From Geotalea uraniireducens Rf4 (GTDB lineage: Bacteria > Desulfobacterota > Desulfuromonadia > Geobacterales > Geobacteraceae): DNA of 32,000 nucleotides. Location of the stretch: the NCBI RefSeq assembly GCF_000016745.1, contig NC_009483.1:2070001-2102000 (forward strand), written 5' to 3'. Made by a program: the position numbers and the translations under genes. Below the pieces are notes generated by a model. That model saw only the letters and a program-made list of their open reading frames with translations. It did not search any database and had not been told where the DNA came from. Every line of letters starts with the position of its first letter. Positions within the stretch are counted from its first letter, which is position 1. This document shows, in pieces, positions 27,825 to 32,000 of this stretch.

Positions 27825-28877
27825 ATGTTTCTCTCAAAAAAGAAAGATTTAGTTGGTATCGATATCGGCTCCAGTTCTGTAAAGCTTGTGCAGCTTAAGG
27901 AGCAAAAGGGGGTGTTTCATCTGCAGAATGTCGGAATACTCCCTCTGCCTGCAGAGGCCATTGTCGATAACAGCCTTATGGATAGCTCTTCCATCGTGGA
28001 AGCCGTGAAAAATCTCTTTAAAAGTCTGAATATAAAGGCAAAAGAGGCGGTCTGCTCCATATCTGGCAATTCGGTTATCATCAGGAAAATATCCTTGCCC
28101 GTCATGCCTGTTGAAGAGCTTGAAGATCAAATACACTGGGAGGCTGAACAGTATATACCCTTTGATATCAACGACGTAAATATCGATTTTCAGATTTTGT
28201 CTGCTGACGAACTTGATCCGTCAAAAATGAACGTCCTGCTTGTTGCCAGTAAAAAAGACATAATAAACGATTATCTTGCGGTATTTAATGAAGCCGGCAT
28301 CAAGCTGATGGTTGTGGATGTGGATTCATTTGCGGTGCAGAACGCCTTCGAGCTCAACTACGATTTCGATTTTGAAGAGGTCTCGGCGCTTGTAAATATA
28401 GGTGCCAGCATCATGAATCTGAACATTGTGAAAGGGGGCATTTCTCTCTTTACCCGCGATGTTCAAATAGGTGGCAATCTTTACAACGAAGAGATTCAAA
28501 AGCAATTCGGAATGAACAACGAAGATGCCGAAAGAACTAAAATTTCCGGGGATTCTCCTGATAAAACCAGGCTCAAGGACATTATTTCACGTATAAACGA
28601 TACCCTTTCCCTGGAGATGCGCAGGTCTCTGGACTTTTACAATTCAACGGCAGGCGAAGGGAAAATAAGCAAGGTGTATCTCAGTGGTGGCGGTGCAAAA
28701 ACAACGATGCTGCTGGATTCTGTGAGCCAGAAACTTGATTTACCTGTAGAAATACTTAATCCGTTTTTAAAGATCAGATACAATGAAAAAGAGTTTGATC
28801 CAGAGTATCTTCAAGAGATAGGTCCTCTTGTGACTGTTGCTATAGGGCTGGCGACAAGGAGGCTTGGAGATAAATGA
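27825..28877 (+). CDS. pilM: T4P assembly ATPase-fold protein PilM
   Basis: 350 aa. N-terminus LVGIDIGSSSVKLVQL. Actin-like fold motifs (VVDVDSFA, YLSGGGAK). Confidence 0.93.
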   Translation: MFLSKKKDLVGIDIGSSSVKLVQLKEQKGVFHLQNVGILPLPAEAIVDNSLMDSSSIVEAVKNLFKSLNIKAKEAVCSISGNSVIIRKISLPVMPVEELEDQIHWEAEQYIPFDINDVNIDFQILSADELDPSKMNVLLVASKKDIINDYLAVFNEAGIKLMVVDVDSFAVQNAFELNYDFDFEEVSALVNIGASIMNLNIVKGGISLFTRDVQIGGNLYNEEIQKQFGMNNEDAERTKISGDSPDKTRLKDIISRINDTLSLEMRRSLDFYNSTAGEGKISKVYLSGGGAKTTMLLDSVSQKLDLPVEILNPFLKIRYNEKEFDPEYLQEIGPLVTVAIGLATRRLGDK

Positions 28878-29449
28878 TAAAGATCAATTTACTGCCGGTC
28901 AGGGCTTCTAAAAAGAAGGAAACCACCAGACAACAGATTTCTATTCTTATAATCTCTGTCATTGGCGTTCTTGTTGTCGGTCTTAGCCTGTATAGTTTAA
29001 CCCTTGCAAAAATCAGTGCGACTAAGGATGAAGTCAGTAAGTCTGAGCAGGAGATTCAACAACTAAAAGCCAAGATTGGTCAGATTGATAATATCAAAAA
29101 GCTCCAGGCAGAAGTAAAGAAGAAACTCGACGTACTCAATCAATTAAGAAAAGAAAAGAGCGGTCCGGCCAGCAGGTTGGCAAAGCTGAGCGATGCTGTG
29201 CCGGAGAAGCTTTGGCTCACTAAATATACTGAAAATGCAGGTAATGTTTCAATTTCCGGCATAGCATTCAGTGAAGACCTTATTGCTGAATTTATGCGCA
29301 ATCTTCAGGCGTCAGATGATTTCTCCAATATTGATCTTCAGGTATCAGAACAGTCTGAAATTTCTGGAACAAAAGTAAAGAAGTTCGATATTACTTTTAT
29401 TCTTAAGGGATTGAAGAAGGAAGAGCCGGCAAAACCTGGCAGTAAATAA
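28874..29449 (+). CDS. pilN: T4P assembly protein PilN
   Basis: ATGA overlap with the pilM stop. MIKINLLPVR signature, single TM, coiled coil. Confidence 0.85.
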   Translation: MIKINLLPVRASKKKETTRQQISILIISVIGVLVVGLSLYSLTLAKISATKDEVSKSEQEIQQLKAKIGQIDNIKKLQAEVKKKLDVLNQLRKEKSGPASRLAKLSDAVPEKLWLTKYTENAGNVSISGIAFSEDLIAEFMRNLQASDDFSNIDLQVSEQSEISGTKVKKFDITFILKGLKKEEPAKPGSK

Positions 29450-29489
29450 ATCCTATGGGGCACTTCCATGCCCGGTTCCGAGGCTTTTC

Positions 29490-30089
29490 ATGGACCCACA
29501 AATAGAAAAAATATTAAAGCTTCCTACCAAACAAAAAGTAGCATTGTTGATTCTTGTTCTGGCATTGGAAGGCCTTGGCATTTTCTTTGGCTTGTATCAA
29601 CCCAAGATGAATGAACTTAAAGGATTTCAAGCAAAGCTTGAGGAACTGCAAAAAAAGATCACAGAAGATAAAAAAGTTGCTGACAATATTTCAAAATATA
29701 AAAAAGAATACGATCAATTGCAAAATGAATTGAAGACCGCCCTCACCGAGTTGCCCAATCAGAAAGAAATACCTTCACTTTTAACCAGTATAACAAGTGC
29801 GGGTAAAAGTGCCGGACTCGATTTTCTTCTGTTTAAACCAAAGCCCGAGGAATCCAAGGACTTTTATGCTGCTGTTCCTGTCGACATTTCCGTTTCCGGT
29901 TCTTTTTATAACATTGCCGACTTTTTTGTCTCAGTAGCCAATCTCCCCCGCATCGTAAATATAAACAATGTAAATTTTGCGGATATAAAAAACGTTAACG
30001 GCCGGACGACGTTAAAAGTCAATTGCCTTGCCACTACCTTCCGCTTCATTGACAAGAAAGAGATAAAAGATGAAAAGAAAGGAAAATAG
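29490..30089 (+). CDS. pilO: T4P assembly protein PilO
   Basis: Position between pilN and pilP. TM segment VALLILVLALEGLGIFFGL followed by a coiled coil and a ferredoxin-like C-terminal part (VPVDISVSGSFYNIADFF). Confidence 0.8.
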   Translation: MDPQIEKILKLPTKQKVALLILVLALEGLGIFFGLYQPKMNELKGFQAKLEELQKKITEDKKVADNISKYKKEYDQLQNELKTALTELPNQKEIPSLLTSITSAGKSAGLDFLLFKPKPEESKDFYAAVPVDISVSGSFYNIADFFVSVANLPRIVNINNVNFADIKNVNGRTTLKVNCLATTFRFIDKKEIKDEKKGK

Positions 30090-30621
30090 ATTACGTGTAA
30101 TTACTCTGCTTTTTATTGTGTCCGGGCTGGTATTTATTGGATGCAAAAAGAAAGAAGATATTACTGTGCAGCAGGCGGCGCAACCAAAAGTTGCAACAAA
30201 GCCAAATGTGCCTGTGCAGAAACAGCCTTCATCAGCTAAAGGCACTGCTTCAGGTGTCATGAATTATGACTTCAAAAATAAAAAAGATCCTTTTAAGGCT
30301 TTCTTGATGCCGACTGAGCCGTCTGCGTCCAAAGCAAAGACGGTTAAAGCAAGAACATCAGAACTCTTGCCGATACAAAATTATGATGTTAGCAAGTTCA
30401 CCGTTTCCGGGATAATTACCGGGCTTAAGGAAAACAAAGCTTTAATAATAGACCCGACCGGCAAGGGATATGTCGTCAGACAGGGGATGCTGATCGGAAA
30501 TAACGATGGTCGCATCACCAGGATATCACCGTCGTCTATCGAAATTTCTGAACAGTTCCGTGACGATAGCGGTCATGTAAAGAAAAGAAAAATTGTGCTG
30601 CCACTGGCCAAGAAAAAGTAA
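30070..30621 (+). CDS. pilP: T4P assembly lipoprotein PilP
   Basis: Lipobox LVFIGC. Overlaps pilO by 20 nt. C-terminal beta-domain motif (FTVSGIITG...ALIIDPTGKGYVVRQGMLIG). Confidence 0.75.
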   Translation: MKRKENRLRVITLLFIVSGLVFIGCKKKEDITVQQAAQPKVATKPNVPVQKQPSSAKGTASGVMNYDFKNKKDPFKAFLMPTEPSASKAKTVKARTSELLPIQNYDVSKFTVSGIITGLKENKALIIDPTGKGYVVRQGMLIGNNDGRITRISPSSIEISEQFRDDSGHVKKRKIVLPLAKKK

Positions 30622-30633
30622 GGAGATTTCCAG

Positions 30634-32000
30634 ATGAGAATGTATTCAAGCAGAATCATTTGCCATGCACTGATACTCATCTTTATCATGGCTGTTTCTG
30701 GTTGTGCAAAAAGAATGGTAGCGGCAAAAGATGTGAACCAGATTGAAACGGCAGGTGTCGCTGCTGTTCAGGCAATCAATGTTAAAGACGACACCTCTCA
30801 GATAGAAATTTCCACTAACCGGCCGTTAACATATACATCCTATAAGACAAGTGATCCGCCGAAGGTTTTTATCGACCTTGCTCAGACGGAACCGGGTGCA
30901 GTGACCAAGCCGTTAGAGTTCGCTTCAGGCAATGTAAAAAGTGTCAATTTGTCCAGGCAGGATTTTGGCGGTGGTTTTCTCACACGTGTTGAGATCGCAC
31001 TGAATAAAGACGTGGATTTTTCAGTAAGCACAGATCCAGCGGATCGGGGCAAATTGCTGGTTACTTTCGCTAAACCCCAGGTTGAAGAAAAGTCGTCCAA
31101 AGCCGAGGTTGAAAAGCAGGGGCAGGTAGCGTCAAATGTCGAGGAAAATGCAGCCAAACCCGATGTGAAGCCGGAAACGAAATCTCTGAACGCGGAAATG
31201 TATAAACAGGCCGCTGCTGAAGTGGCTGCCGGAGTAAATGTTGTAACCCATGAGACGAAGCCGGAAGTTGTTGCCGAGGTCAAGGAAGGAGCCAAGATTG
31301 CCACGCCGGGGTCTAATCCTGTCGAACTACAGACAAGCGTCGAAGTAAAAGAGCCACCCAAGGCCGAAGCAGAGGTTAAATCTGAAATTGCTCCACAGTT
31401 AAAGACGTTAGATGCCATCAACATAGTGAACGATGGGGTTGAAATTATCGTGAATGGTGGCGTGGACTCCTTTAACACATTCAAGTTGAACAAGCCGGAC
31501 CGTCTGGTTGTGGATATTTTTGGCGCTAAGAATTCGATCTCTGCAAATTTTATAAGTATCAACCGTTTTGGCGTCGGTAAAGCCAGAGTCGGCGTAACAC
31601 CGGAAAAGGTACGTATCGTCTTTGACGCGGCCGCTGAAGCGCTCCCTGCTTACGAAGTGGCAAAGACTGACAATGGTTTAAAGATACATTTGTCTGATAT
31701 ATCCGCAGAGCAGCCAGCAAAGAACGTCAACGAGCCTCTCGACGAGCCGGCAAAGCCGGCATCTGAAGCAAAAAAAGTCGTAAAGACTGAAACAGGTTCG
31801 ATAGAGTCGATTGACTTTAATGTCGTGGATGGAAACTCCAGGATTGCCATAAAGCTTAACGGAGACTGTATTTCAGGTAAGCCGATTAAGACAGCCAAAG
31901 GTCTGTCGTTTACAATCAAGAATTGTCGGATTCCGAAAAAACTTCAGAGAACGCTGGACACGAGAGGTTTTGCAGGCCCAGTCCAAAGCATTACTCCTTA
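30634..32000 (+). CDS. pilQ: T4P secretin PilQ, N-terminal part with three AMIN domains; 3' end outside the window
   Basis: This ORF is not in the supplied track. I translated frame 1 from ATG 30634 (RBS AGGAG 30621-30625) to position 32000 and found no stop. Lipobox MAVSGC. AMIN-like modules at about 30766-31068, 31408-31692 and 31801-32000, separated by K/E/P-rich linkers. Confidence 0.85.
   Translation, partial: MRMYSSRIICHALILIFIMAVSGCAKRMVAAKDVNQIETAGVAAVQAINVKDDTSQIEISTNRPLTYTSYKTSDPPKVFIDLAQTEPGAVTKPLEFASGNVKSVNLSRQDFGGGFLTRVEIALNKDVDFSVSTDPADRGKLLVTFAKPQVEEKSSKAEVEKQGQVASNVEENAAKPDVKPETKSLNAEMYKQAAAEVAAGVNVVTHETKPEVVAEVKEGAKIATPGSNPVELQTSVEVKEPPKAEAEVKSEIAPQLKTLDAINIVNDGVEIIVNGGVDSFNTFKLNKPDRLVVDIFGAKNSISANFISINRFGVGKARVGVTPEKVRIVFDAAAEALPAYEVAKTDNGLKIHLSDISAEQPAKNVNEPLDEPAKPASEAKKVVKTETGSIESIDFNVVDGNSRIAIKLNGDCISGKPIKTAKGLSFTIKNCRIPKKLQRTLDTRGFAGPVQSITP

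Noticed and set aside
30882-31562. 226-aa minus-strand ORF
   Set aside because: It is antisense to the open pilQ frame, which has a lipobox, an RBS and AMIN-like modules.
24490-32000. Low-GC segment as a classical genomic island or mobile element
   Set aside because: No integrase, transposase, tRNA anchor or flanking direct repeats are visible. The content is core T4P machinery. I kept it only as a compositional observation.

Overview
All genes I can support are on the + strand. No rRNA, tRNA, CRISPR array, transposase or integrase was seen.

Positions 1-15.2 kb are GC-rich housekeeping and envelope genes. In order: a 5'-truncated DUF1015 gene, an FKBP lipoprotein, a DUF4140/DUF4139-like secreted protein, an RCC1-repeat lipoprotein, a membrane HD-GYP phosphodiesterase, secA, argJ, a DUF2914-like protein, a serine hydrolase, a RomR-like response regulator and valS.

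Positions 15.2-32 kb are a large type IV pilus (T4P) supercluster:
- pilD, then a sensor kinase plus an NtrC-type sigma54 activator.
- A near-consensus sigma54 promoter, then a DsbC/G-like oxidoreductase carrying a CXXCH motif.
- A 1,480-aa PilY1-like adhesin and four minor pilins (FimT/GspH-like, PilV, PilW, PilX).
- A 320-nt leader, then a small XRE gene and pilMNOPQ. pilQ runs off the 3' edge and is missing from the ORF track.

The most interesting signal is in that leader. It holds a sigma54-like promoter and a GEMM-I cyclic-dinucleotide riboswitch whose 3' strand doubles as the 5' arm of a strong intrinsic terminator. An AT-rich promoter region and the XRE-pilM block follow.

Gene order and the GEMM-I element resemble what I recall for Geobacter-type Desulfuromonadales. 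This is recollection, not a search result.

Other points worth a second look:
- Heptamer-repeat palindromes flank the FKBP gene.
- GC content falls from about 60% to about 35% across the pilus cluster.
- The PilY1 homologue has tandem InlB-B-type repeats, a vWA MIDAS motif and three Ca-loop-like motifs.

The long minus-strand ORFs in the track are antisense shadows of GC-rich genes.
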